DNA from: Flavobacteriaceae bacterium
Lineage (GTDB): Bacteria; Bacteroidota; Bacteroidia; Flavobacteriales; Flavobacteriaceae
Assembly (NCBI GenBank): GCA_020854235.1
Contig: JADZFW010000084.1
Span: 15,932 to 79,931 of the forward strand
Reading direction: 5' to 3'
DNA: 64,000 nucleotides
In this document: piece by piece, positions 37,667 to 47,218 of the stretch
How positions within the stretch are numbered: the first letter of the stretch is position 1
How the letters are laid out: every line of letters starts with the position of its first letter
The notes under the pieces: model-generated
What the model was told of the DNA's origin: nothing
Databases searched by the model: none
The model's input: only the letters and a program-made list of their open reading frames with translations
Translations under genes and position numbers: made by a program

Positions 37667-37764
37667 TTGAAAAAAATTGAATTTAGAGTTGATTGTGTCT
37701 CAAAGTAAAAATAGAGACAACCTAAGTCATCTCTATTTTTGGGTTTATAATTAAACAAAAAAAA

Positions 37765-38766
37765 TTAATCTTCATCATCATATTCAGCATTTGGATAAAA
37801 CTCATCAAAGTCGTCAAGGTACAAAGTTCCACTTCTACCCATACCCACAAATGCCTGCGTTCCGTTAGTCAATACAATCGGATCTTGTCGTGTAGTTCCT
37901 TCAAATGCTGTTTTCTCTTCCCAAGTATCATCAATAGGATTGTATTCCCAAACCGTTGATACTGAACCAGCAGCATATCCACAGGCAAAATATCCTTTTC
38001 CGTCTAATGAAAATCCAACTGCATTGGAACGGATTACATTATAATCATCTTCGACATTCAAATTTAAGAGTTTGGTAAAAGTTCCGGTATTTGTATTCAA
38101 AACCCAAAAATCGGTTAAAAGGGTTCCATTGGAAACACCTCCACCAATGTATACATTTGAACCTATTGTAAAAGTACTAGCATCTTTTCTTTTATTCCCT
38201 CCAAATCCAGATTGCTCACTCCACGTATTGGTAGCAGGATTGTACTTCCAAAAGTCTTTACGATAATTATCTCCGTCAAATCCAGTTCCGAAATACCCAA
38301 ACCCATTTACCCCAAAAGCAACGGCTCCACGTCTTGCATTTTCGGGAAAATCTGCTATTTGAGTCCAAGTATTGGAAGATGGATTGTATTGGTAAAAATC
38401 CCCCAAATTGTTCAATCCATCATAACCAGATCCAATGTAACCCAATTCATTAATAGCCATTCCAGTAGCTGAAGAACGAGCTACACCAGGAAAATCCGCC
38501 TTTTGTGTCCAATAATCTCCATCCATATTGTATTCCCAAAAATCTGATCTATAATCTTCTCCATCATAACCCAAACCTACATAGCCTTTACTCCCAATTG
38601 AAAAATAAGCAGCACTACTCCTAGGAGTACCATCAAAAACAGATCTATTTATCCAGTTTCCAATCAAATCTTCATCGTCTTCTTCGGTACAAGAAACAAA
38701 TAATAAAGAAACACTTCCCAATATAAAAAGTGTTTTAAACAATAACTTAGAATTTTTAAGTAACAT
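37765..38766 (-). CDS. Six-bladed Kelch-like beta-propeller lipoprotein
   Basis: It has a lipoprotein signal (SLLFVSC). Six repeats of the form G(Y/F)xGxGxDG....DFW.YNP..N.W....FPG.AR are visible. The tail is acidic (EYDDED). I prefer the ATG at 38766. Confidence 0.7.
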   Translation of the reverse strand: MLLKNSKLLFKTLFILGSVSLLFVSCTEEDDEDLIGNWINRSVFDGTPRSSAAYFSIGSKGYVGLGYDGEDYRSDFWEYNMDGDYWTQKADFPGVARSSATGMAINELGYIGSGYDGLNNLGDFYQYNPSSNTWTQIADFPENARRGAVAFGVNGFGYFGTGFDGDNYRKDFWKYNPATNTWSEQSGFGGNKRKDASTFTIGSNVYIGGGVSNGTLLTDFWVLNTNTGTFTKLLNLNVEDDYNVIRSNAVGFSLDGKGYFACGYAAGSVSTVWEYNPIDDTWEEKTAFEGTTRQDPIVLTNGTQAFVGMGRSGTLYLDDFDEFYPNAEYDDED

Positions 38767-39123
38767 ATTAATATTTATTATAAAGATTAAAACGGTATTC
38801 ACATTTACTATTTATCCATTGAATACTTGAAATTAACAGGTGCAAATCTAACTGCTGCTTATCTTAATATACACACAAATATATCTTTAAGTATATTTTG
38901 ACTACGAATGAACTAATTTTATATATGGCAAGTGCTTTCTGATTCATTATCGATGTATTTGATGATTTGGTATAGTGAAAAAGGCGTTTAAGCGAATTGA
39001 CAAACTAGGATGTAATATTCAGAATAGTTTTGACAATCAATGGATCACATTCTAATATTTAAATAAAGCAATACTCCATTAATTAATTAATTAGTTTTCA
39101 ACACATTGATTAATAAATAATAT

Positions 39124-40491
39124 ATGAATTTTCATAATAACAATAAACGACTTCTAGGAACCAAAGTGTTTTTATTTTCTACACAAATCGCTTTGTTTGT
39201 AATTCTATTGGCAATAAGTCTAAGTGCTTGCCAAAATCTAACAGATGATGGTTTGATTGTGGGTGACGAAGAAACCAATTCAAATTTAAAAGTCATTAAA
39301 ATCGACACATTAACTGTTCAATTTTCCACCTTCAAATTTGACAGTTTGATTACTTCTAATGCTTCTAGAATTTTGATTGGACAATACAATGATCCTATTT
39401 TTGGGAAAATAAAAGCATCTGGGTTTTTTGAATTACAACCTACAAGTTTTGCTATTGATGATGACGCTGTTTTTGATAGTATTTGTATGGTATTAAAATA
39501 TGATGATTACTATATCAATGACACCTTACAGCCTTGTACTTATCATGTCAGAAGAATATCTGAAAATGTAAAACCTGAAGAAGATTATTTTTACACCACA
39601 TCGTCTTTAACAACCTATTCTCAACCTTTGGGAAGTAAAACTTTCCTTCCAAGACCTCTTACCGAAGCAGATTCATTACATATTAAACTATCTCCATCGT
39701 TTGGTTATCAAATTTTCGAAAAAATACAAGACAACGAGATTAATACAGAGGATGAATTCTTAGAATTCTTAAAAGGAATACAAATAGAAGCTGATGAAAA
39801 TGACAACAGCTGTATTCTAGGGTTTTCAAATGCTACTTCTGAAAGTATGTTACGAATATACTACTCTTTAGAAGAAGCTGGAGAAATGGTAAGCTATCAC
39901 TACGATATGAAAATGGATGTAACTAGTACACCAGCCAAGTTCTTCAACCGAATTGTTTCAGATCGAAATGGTACTGATTTGGCAATTCTATCCAATCAAA
40001 GCATAACCCTATCGGATGTGGATGCAAACAAGTTGGCATTTATTCAATCAGGTATCGGTATTGTCACCAAGATTGAATTCCCATATCTCAAAGATATCTA
40101 TGATATTCCTGGACAAGTTAGCGTTTTGGACGCAAAATTATACTTAAATCCAAAACTTGGCACCTATTCTACCTGGCAACCTCTTCCCGAAACCTTTGAA
40201 ATCTATCAAGTAAATCGAAAAAACTACTTGGGAAGTCAAATGTACGATACAGCCGGCAATGTATTAATGGCCAATTTAAATACTGAAAATTCTGAATTTC
40301 AGAACATCTATTATACGGTAGATATGGGAATATATATTGAAGGATTGTTGCAATCGGATTATGAAGATGGTACTGCTTTTATCCTCAAACCAGTGAATCT
40401 CAACACGACAACCGACAGAGTAGTTTTCAATACCAGAAATACTTCTGAAATCAAAACCTACTTAGAATTAACAATAGTTACTTATGAATAA
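39124..40491 (+). CDS. DUF4270-like lipoprotein
   Basis: It has a lipoprotein signal (LAISLSAC). The N-terminal block IDTLTVQFSTFKFDSLITSNASRILIGQYNDPIFGKIKA resembles DUF4270 proteins. Confidence 0.5.
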   Translation: MNFHNNNKRLLGTKVFLFSTQIALFVILLAISLSACQNLTDDGLIVGDEETNSNLKVIKIDTLTVQFSTFKFDSLITSNASRILIGQYNDPIFGKIKASGFFELQPTSFAIDDDAVFDSICMVLKYDDYYINDTLQPCTYHVRRISENVKPEEDYFYTTSSLTTYSQPLGSKTFLPRPLTEADSLHIKLSPSFGYQIFEKIQDNEINTEDEFLEFLKGIQIEADENDNSCILGFSNATSESMLRIYYSLEEAGEMVSYHYDMKMDVTSTPAKFFNRIVSDRNGTDLAILSNQSITLSDVDANKLAFIQSGIGIVTKIEFPYLKDIYDIPGQVSVLDAKLYLNPKLGTYSTWQPLPETFEIYQVNRKNYLGSQMYDTAGNVLMANLNTENSEFQNIYYTVDMGIYIEGLLQSDYEDGTAFILKPVNLNTTTDRVVFNTRNTSEIKTYLELTIVTYE

Positions 40492-41731
40492 AACAGTCCT
40501 TTTTATACTATTTGTCTTGTCACAAATACCCAATTTATGGAGTCAAAGTGAAAGTTTGACCAGTTCACCCTATTCACTTTATGGATTGGGGATACACAAT
40601 AATGTTCTTATAGGCAAATGGAATGGGTTGTCGGGTGCGGGATTGGGATATGCTTCTTCCAATGAAATAAATCCGTTAAATCCAGCTTCTTATGCTTTAC
40701 TAAATAAAAACAGTTTTTTATTTGACGTAGGGGCAAAAGGAGGCATCAATTCCTATCAAAATCAACGTAGTAGTGATCGTACAATAGATTTCAACTTTTC
40801 AGATTTGGCAATTGGCTTTTCAGTAACTGATAAATTGGGTATGGGTTTAACCTTATTACCTTATTCTAGTGTGGGTTATACGCTTTCGGGAATAGAGAGT
40901 AATATAGAAGGTTCTCAGGAAACATATTTTTCTAATGTAAATGGCTATGGCGGTTTAAATGATTTGAAATGGAATGTAGGATACGAAATAATCAAACCTT
41001 TACGAATTGGGCTGAGTACTTCTTTTCTTTTTGGAAATGTGCATGAAACAGAATACTTACAAGTATCTTCCAGTTATTTTTACATGGAAAAAAACAGATT
41101 TTACAAAGGAATTAAATTGGGACTAGGATTACAGTTTCAACCTTCTGATAATTTTTCTATTGGCTCAGTAATCCAATTCCCTTCCCAATTAAGAGGTAGT
41201 ATGACTCGAGACATAACTAAACAAGTTGATGGGATAGAAATTATATTGGAAGATGGGGTAGACATGGAAACTTCCAATTTTGAATTGCCCATGGAAATAG
41301 GGGGTGGTATGAGTTATTCTCTTTTGGATAAAAAACTGACTTTTAACGCCGATTATTACAAGAAATTTTGGTCTTCTACCCATCAACAAGATAAATTGGG
41401 TACTTATCAGGATCAAAATATATACAATATTGGAGCTGAATTTTTGTACAAAGTTCAATCTGATTCATACTATCAAAAAATAAAATATCGCATGGGTTAC
41501 ACTTATGATACCGGCTATTTAAGAATCAATGATTCTAATGTGGCCAATCAGAACTTTACCCTTGGTTTGGGTATTCCACTAAATAATCAAACCTTCTCCA
41601 ATTTAAATATAGCTTACACATATGGACTAAGAGGTCATATTCAAAATCAAATGGTAAAAGAAAAATACCATTTAATTACCTTAAACCTTACGTTAGAAAA
41701 CAGATGGTTTGTCAAACACAAAATTGAATAA
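40484..41731 (+). CDS. Putative outer-membrane beta-barrel protein
   Basis: It has a signal peptide, the N-terminal motif SSPYSLYGLG and alternating hydrophobic strands throughout. The start overlaps the upstream stop by 8 nt. Confidence 0.5.
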   Translation: MNKTVLFILFVLSQIPNLWSQSESLTSSPYSLYGLGIHNNVLIGKWNGLSGAGLGYASSNEINPLNPASYALLNKNSFLFDVGAKGGINSYQNQRSSDRTIDFNFSDLAIGFSVTDKLGMGLTLLPYSSVGYTLSGIESNIEGSQETYFSNVNGYGGLNDLKWNVGYEIIKPLRIGLSTSFLFGNVHETEYLQVSSSYFYMEKNRFYKGIKLGLGLQFQPSDNFSIGSVIQFPSQLRGSMTRDITKQVDGIEIILEDGVDMETSNFELPMEIGGGMSYSLLDKKLTFNADYYKKFWSSTHQQDKLGTYQDQNIYNIGAEFLYKVQSDSYYQKIKYRMGYTYDTGYLRINDSNVANQNFTLGLGIPLNNQTFSNLNIAYTYGLRGHIQNQMVKEKYHLITLNLTLENRWFVKHKIE

Positions 41732-41759
41732 TTTCCTAATATTCCTAAAAGGCTTATAA

Positions 41760-42500
41760 TTATAGCAATGAATTGCGACTAACATAACACAAGAAATCGG
41801 GTTTGTATTGTTCTGAAATGGTGATTCGTCGCTTGGCAATTAGAACTTGGCTTCGTTCAACAGCTTCAATTTTCTCGAGATTGATGATAAAAGAACGATG
41901 TATTCTCAAAAATTGATCTTTGGGCAACTCATTTTCCAATGATTTCAAACTCATCAAAGTAAGAATTGGTTTCGGATTTTGATCCATCCATATTTTAATG
42001 TAGTCTTTCAACCCTTCAAAAAGCAAAACTTCTTTTAAATTGATTTTGAGTTGTCTATACTCCGATTTTACAAATAAAAATTCCTTTTCCGATTGTTTTA
42101 CAATCTCTTTGTTTAATGAGGGTTTACCTAACATTCCAAACCAAGTTAAAGCTTTGTTAGAAGCCATTAAAAACTCTGTGTAATTAAAAGGTTTAAGCAA
42201 ATAATCCAACGCCTCCACTTTAAAACCGTCCAAAGCATATTGATCAAAAGCTGTTGTGAAAATAATTCTGGTGTTTTTGGAGATAATTTTTGACAATTCC
42301 AAACCGGATAAATCAGGCATCTGAATGTCTAAAAAAACCAAATTAATTTCTTGTTGATTTAAAACTTGTAAGGCTTCAATAGCGTTACTACACTTGGCTT
42401 TTAAAGCCAAAAATGAAGTTTTCTCAACATAAGACTGTATGAGATTCAAAGCCATGGGCTCGTCATCTACAATAATGCAAGAAAGTATTAAATCAGACAA
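41760..42500 (-). CDS. LytR/AlgR (LytTR) family response regulator
   Basis: The receiver domain shows IIVDDEP, LVFLDIQMPDLSG and LLKP. The LytTR DNA-binding domain shows FLRIHRSFIINLEKI. The track start is a TTG. Confidence 0.85.
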   Translation of the reverse strand: MSDLILSCIIVDDEPMALNLIQSYVEKTSFLALKAKCSNAIEALQVLNQQEINLVFLDIQMPDLSGLELSKIISKNTRIIFTTAFDQYALDGFKVEALDYLLKPFNYTEFLMASNKALTWFGMLGKPSLNKEIVKQSEKEFLFVKSEYRQLKINLKEVLLFEGLKDYIKIWMDQNPKPILTLMSLKSLENELPKDQFLRIHRSFIINLEKIEAVERSQVLIAKRRITISEQYKPDFLCYVSRNSLL

Positions 42501-42567
42501 TGTAGTGTTTTTTAATGATTATTAAAATGGTTTTACTTTAAAAATTTGCAGACTATTTTTGATAAAA

Positions 42568-43626
42568 TCAAATGGATTCAATAAGTAAGGTTGCCATATA
42601 TTTTTGATCTTTAATTTCAGTCACTAACGAATATTTATCTTTGTAAAGTAAAGTTAACCTTTTATCTAAATTAGCCAATCCTATTCCGGAACCACTTTTA
42701 TCTTTTTGATTTTTAGGAAAATAATCATTTTGGGCAACAAAGAAAAGTTCTAAATCAGTATAAGTCATAGTAAAAACAATACTGGAATTCTTTGTGGCCG
42801 ATACACCATGTTTAAATGCATTCTCGACCAAGGTGATAAATAATAATGGCGGAATCTTTACTTGATCTTGAACTTCCGGAAAATTGTAAGCAATTGAAAT
42901 TTTATCTGAAAACCGAAGTTTCATCAATTCAATATAAGTGGTCATAAATTCTATTTCCTTATTTAAAGTCACTTTTTCAGTGTTGGATTCATACAAGAGA
43001 AAACGCATCAACTTCCCCAAACCGTGAATCGATTCTTTGGCTTTATCGGGAGTGACATCAACCATTGAATATATGTTATTTAATGCGTTAAAGAAAAAAT
43101 GTGGTTGTAGTTGATATCTCAGATATTGTAATTCTTGTTCCAACTTCACTTTTTCAGATTCCTGTTGTTCCTGCTCGGTTTTCTTAAGTTTTTCAAATGA
43201 TTTGAGGGCAAGTGAAAAAGCTAGAGGCACTCCAAACCATAGAATATCCATGTATATAAATAATTGTCTAGGTGGTCCCTTGTGAAGCTCTTTCAATTCA
43301 AATTTAGGAGGTCTTGGCAAATCAGGTAAAGGATTGAAAAAAATAGTTTTCATTTTGAATATGACCATTACAAAAACAAAAATGATCAATCCGTTTAGAA
43401 TCAAGTAATATCTATAGTTACCTTTAAAAAAGTAAGAATCAATTAATAAATAATAATTCAAGTAAAAAACAAATGCATAAAATAAAAGCGGAATCCACGT
43501 GTTTTCCACAATTCTGGAATAAAGTTCCTCATTGCCTTTTGCCAATAAAAATGGAATGGTAAAAAGCATGAGCCAAACTATGAAATGTAATAGAAAAATA
43601 TTGCGTTTGGATTTGTCGGAAAACAT
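42568..43626 (-). CDS. LytS/YehU-type membrane sensor histidine kinase
   Basis: It has a polytopic N-terminus, the His_kinase signature LQPHFFFNALNNI and an ATPase G-box GSGIGLANLDKRL. Confidence 0.8.
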   Translation of the reverse strand: MFSDKSKRNIFLLHFIVWLMLFTIPFLLAKGNEELYSRIVENTWIPLLFYAFVFYLNYYLLIDSYFFKGNYRYYLILNGLIIFVFVMVIFKMKTIFFNPLPDLPRPPKFELKELHKGPPRQLFIYMDILWFGVPLAFSLALKSFEKLKKTEQEQQESEKVKLEQELQYLRYQLQPHFFFNALNNIYSMVDVTPDKAKESIHGLGKLMRFLLYESNTEKVTLNKEIEFMTTYIELMKLRFSDKISIAYNFPEVQDQVKIPPLLFITLVENAFKHGVSATKNSSIVFTMTYTDLELFFVAQNDYFPKNQKDKSGSGIGLANLDKRLTLLYKDKYSLVTEIKDQKYMATLLIESI

Positions 43627-43662
43627 GGTATGGTTTTTTAAAAAAGTAGAATATAAAAAATA

Positions 43663-46017
43663 TTAGAGTTTGATGAATTTTTCAACTGTGTTTTCGCACT
43701 TTATAAAATAGATACCGGGTGATAAACTTTCAACATTCAGTTCCAAATTTTGGGTTGTGGTATGGGTTTGTAAAATTTGGCCCATGGTGTTAAATATATT
43801 TACTTCTTTGTAGTATCCTTGGTCTGAAAATTCCAAATGTAAAATACTAGCTACCTGATTGGGATATAATGAGAAAAAATCTTCTGAATTATGGAAGTCT
43901 TCAATCCCAATTATTCCATCATTATTTGCATTATAAGTTGGCGATTGAATAACAAGACTTCCCGTACCATTGGGAACTCTTGCATAGCCCATATTGGCTG
44001 TTTGAACGCCAAAATCGATTTGATCAACAATGCTGTTTGCCACATCCGACAGAATTACGGTTTCTCCACTCGCCGAAAGTTTAAAATCAGCATGCATGGG
44101 TCCTTCTGTTAAATCTTCATCAGCCCATACTATCAAAAAACCATTGGCTTCAATAGAGGTATTACTAGGTATTTGCCATTTAACCAAATTGGTTGCATCA
44201 TCAGTTAGATAAAACCCACTTAAATCTACACTGTAATTATTATTGTTATACAATTCAATCCAATCTTCATATTGACTATTTTCATCCATAACAGTCGACG
44301 TATTTTGCGCCATAATCTCATTGATTACAACACCATTAGGTCCTGTTGTAGCCGTAACCGTATAAACAAACATATCATGTTCGGCACCTGTAGGTAAATA
44401 AGAAACGGATTTTGCCGTATTATTGGCTACTGCTTCAATATAATATCTTACAAATGTACCTGAAGCATAACCCGGAATAGTAGCCCCAAAAATGCCATCT
44501 CCAGATGAATTGTCATTATGAGACCCGTCATCATACATTTGAATAGAGTTAAAATTACCCACCAAACCTGTTGCGTAATACAAATTAACTTTATTAATTC
44601 CATTAGTAGAAGTTACGCTAGCTTTAATGGTTACGGGTTCATTTCCAACTGGATCTACATACATAAGATTGCTGCTATTGTAATAAGGAGCCGAAGCAAT
44701 AACCGGAGCCAATTGTGCTACTTCTGAATTATTCAATAAAAATGTTCTCCTATTGGCAACAAAAGTTTTCAAAAGGGGATAACCGCTTGTGTACTCTGCA
44801 GTCGTGTATAGTTTTTTGGGATCAGCTGCTACTAAAGTTCCTATTTGAGCATGAATTTCATCAATAAGTGCATTGGCATTAGTAGTGGTAAAGGTTTCAT
44901 TTAAAATTGTTCTGTAATGAGCCAAGTAACGTTGACGGTATTCAGGAATATTTAAAAGTTTGTACAATAAGGGATAATTGGCATTGGTGGCATTTTTAAA
45001 AGGATTCCAATTGGAACTGGTGGCAGCGCTAGTTTGAAAAGTAGAATTACCATCGTATTCCAAAGGTGTTGTCCTACCGGTTTCAGGTTCGTAATAAACC
45101 ATATAGTCCATTTTTCCCTTCATGATATAACTATCATCATCTGTAAAAATATTTTCAACAGCCAAAAACCACAATGCCTTATCAATATCAATTTTATTTT
45201 TTAAAGTAGCATAGACCGTTGCGCTAGATTGATTTAAGGCATAACTTGCATCGAGTAATTTTTGCCAAGGATAACCTACTTCGCTAGATTTCAATGAATA
45301 GTAGTTTTTATAAGTTAAAGTATCGGAACTGATGTAATTCATCCCTGCGGTTCCGTCTCCCCAATTGGGATTTGGAGTGCCTGTATTTTCAGTAGTCGCT
45401 CTAAAACGAGCCCCATCATTACTTTGAAACCATTCTTTTAAGAACTTTTTCTCGGGTGATTGAATATTGGTATAGAGTCCCCAATCCTGATTATTGATAT
45501 AAAGATGAATATAATTTCCTTTCGCAATGGGAGTATGTCTCACGGCCATTCGATTGTAGAGCACTTCCCTCATGAAGGTTGGATCTTGATGAGCATTGTT
45601 GAATTTTAAATCATTGTAACCTAATATTTCCAAATCGGGATTTACAAAATCGGTTTCTATAGCAAATGATTTCTTTTGCGAACTTCCAATTTGCATATAA
45701 GAAGTGTTACCCCTAAATCTGACGCCTACATTTTCCAATGTCGTTCCATCATAAATCATGGTGGCTGGAATATTGGTTTCTGAAGCGTAATTATTAGTCA
45801 ATAAAGTCCAATAATTGGATTGTGCAAAATTGAGATATACGGTCTTAACCGATGTCTTGTCATATAGTCCTGAAGGATTTTGAACGCCAGTATATAAAAT
45901 ATGTCCATCGGATGAAAAATACATTTCATCAGGAAGATTTTGTGAAGTAAGACCCATTGGCAAAATAAAAGTTATTGCAAACCAAACTTTCATTCTTTTT
46001 AAAATTGAGTTGTTCAT
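43663..46017 (-). CDS. Secreted CotH-family protein with lamin-tail domain and T9SS C-terminal sorting domain
   Basis: It has a signal peptide and a large CotH-like region. The LTD block is VVINEIMAQNTS...EDWIELYNNNNYSVDLSGFYLTDD. The terminal region FSLYPNQVAS...GIYFIKCENTVEKFIKL looks like a T9SS CTD. Confidence 0.7.
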   Translation of the reverse strand: MNNSILKRMKVWFAITFILPMGLTSQNLPDEMYFSSDGHILYTGVQNPSGLYDKTSVKTVYLNFAQSNYWTLLTNNYASETNIPATMIYDGTTLENVGVRFRGNTSYMQIGSSQKKSFAIETDFVNPDLEILGYNDLKFNNAHQDPTFMREVLYNRMAVRHTPIAKGNYIHLYINNQDWGLYTNIQSPEKKFLKEWFQSNDGARFRATTENTGTPNPNWGDGTAGMNYISSDTLTYKNYYSLKSSEVGYPWQKLLDASYALNQSSATVYATLKNKIDIDKALWFLAVENIFTDDDSYIMKGKMDYMVYYEPETGRTTPLEYDGNSTFQTSAATSSNWNPFKNATNANYPLLYKLLNIPEYRQRYLAHYRTILNETFTTTNANALIDEIHAQIGTLVAADPKKLYTTAEYTSGYPLLKTFVANRRTFLLNNSEVAQLAPVIASAPYYNSSNLMYVDPVGNEPVTIKASVTSTNGINKVNLYYATGLVGNFNSIQMYDDGSHNDNSSGDGIFGATIPGYASGTFVRYYIEAVANNTAKSVSYLPTGAEHDMFVYTVTATTGPNGVVINEIMAQNTSTVMDENSQYEDWIELYNNNNYSVDLSGFYLTDDATNLVKWQIPSNTSIEANGFLIVWADEDLTEGPMHADFKLSASGETVILSDVANSIVDQIDFGVQTANMGYARVPNGTGSLVIQSPTYNANNDGIIGIEDFHNSEDFFSLYPNQVASILHLEFSDQGYYKEVNIFNTMGQILQTHTTTQNLELNVESLSPGIYFIKCENTVEKFIKL

Positions 46018-46164
46018 GGTAGGTGGTTAGATGAAGGATTCTAGTTTAAAACACACAAAATTACACCATGCATTCATTTTTCAATCCAATTTCTAGAAAT
46101 AAACCCGTTTTTTATCTATCAAATCCTATTATTTACAGATGAATAGCTTAAAAATTTAATGTCA

Positions 46165-46884
46165 CTAACTTGTGAAAATGACTTGTGATGCATCTAAAAT
46201 AGGTTTGTTTTGAAACTTTAGAACAACTTGAGCAACAGCCAAAACATCTCTTTCACAGTATTTGACAATGCGTTCCAAATCATTTTCGACATAATACACT
46301 TCAGCTACTTTACTTCCGTCAATATCGCCTTTGGGAGATGGAATTCCTAGAATATGGGTCAATAAATGGAGCGAAGTATAGTGTTTATAATCTCCAAACT
46401 TCCACAATTCCAAAGTATCCAAGTGGGTTACTTCCCACGGTTTTTTCCCAAATAAATTTAATTTTTCGGGAATATTGATCCCATTCACAATCATACGCCG
46501 GGCTATAAAGGGGAAATCAAACTCCTTGCCATTGTGGGCACAAAGTAGCTGTTCGGGTTTACTAAAATGTGTATGGATTAATTGAGAGAAATCATTCAAA
46601 AGAATTTCTTCTTCACCAGAAAAAGATTTTATTCTAAAATTCAACAATTGATCGGATTCCATAAAATAACCCACTGAAATGCAAATAATTTTACCAAATT
46701 CAGCCCAAATTCCGGCTCTTTCATAAAAATCAGAAGCTGAAGTTTCTTCTGTTTTACGCTGGTAAGCTGTTTTATGAGAAAATAGATTTTGTTCCTCTTC
46801 GGATAATTGTTCAAATGAGGATTCGGCTGGTACGGTTTCAATATCTAGAAACAGTACATTTTTCAAGTCAATTTTTTGTAACAT
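46165..46884 (-). CDS. DEDDy-type 3'-5' exonuclease (PolB-exonuclease-like, RNase H fold)
   Basis: The three exonuclease motifs are Exo I FLDIETVP, Exo II CAHNGKEFDFPF and Exo III YCERDVLAV. Confidence 0.6.
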   Translation of the reverse strand: MLQKIDLKNVLFLDIETVPAESSFEQLSEEEQNLFSHKTAYQRKTEETSASDFYERAGIWAEFGKIICISVGYFMESDQLLNFRIKSFSGEEEILLNDFSQLIHTHFSKPEQLLCAHNGKEFDFPFIARRMIVNGINIPEKLNLFGKKPWEVTHLDTLELWKFGDYKHYTSLHLLTHILGIPSPKGDIDGSKVAEVYYVENDLERIVKYCERDVLAVAQVVLKFQNKPILDASQVIFTS

Positions 46885-47157
46885 AGAAATTAGAAATTAG
46901 AATTAATAAAAAAACTATTATTGAACTTACCTCGTTGATTAATGGTTAATATTCTCATTGCAAAATGGATGAATTAAGTATAATTGAAACTGATTATGCA
47001 ACTTGCTATATAAGATAATTTCAAATTAACTATCCCAATAACCCAATAGCTTACCTCGACGGTAAATCGGACTGAATAACCAATCAACCTATTATATTAA
47101 TCAAAAACACATCAAGAAATTTCAATAGTGCAATTATTTCAATAGCTAGTACAAAAG

Positions 47158-47191
47158 TAAAAAAAAACGCTCTTGTAACCAAGAGCGTTTT
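47158..47191 (-). terminator. Terminator of the T9SS cargo gene
   Basis: Perfect 10-bp stem aacgctcttg/caagagcgtt (47166-47175 and 47180-47189) with loop taac. A long plus-strand A-run gives a U-run on the minus-strand transcript. Confidence 0.7.
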
Positions 47192-47218
47192 GAAAAATAT
47201 ATTTTTGGAAAAAATGAT

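Noticed and set aside
40484-41731. Assigning the beta-barrel protein to the T9SS PorP/SprF family
   Set aside because: The N-terminus (SESLTSSPYSLYGLG) does not match the PorP/SprF start I remember (QQDPQ(Y/F)(T/S)QY type). I keep it as a generic outer-membrane barrel.
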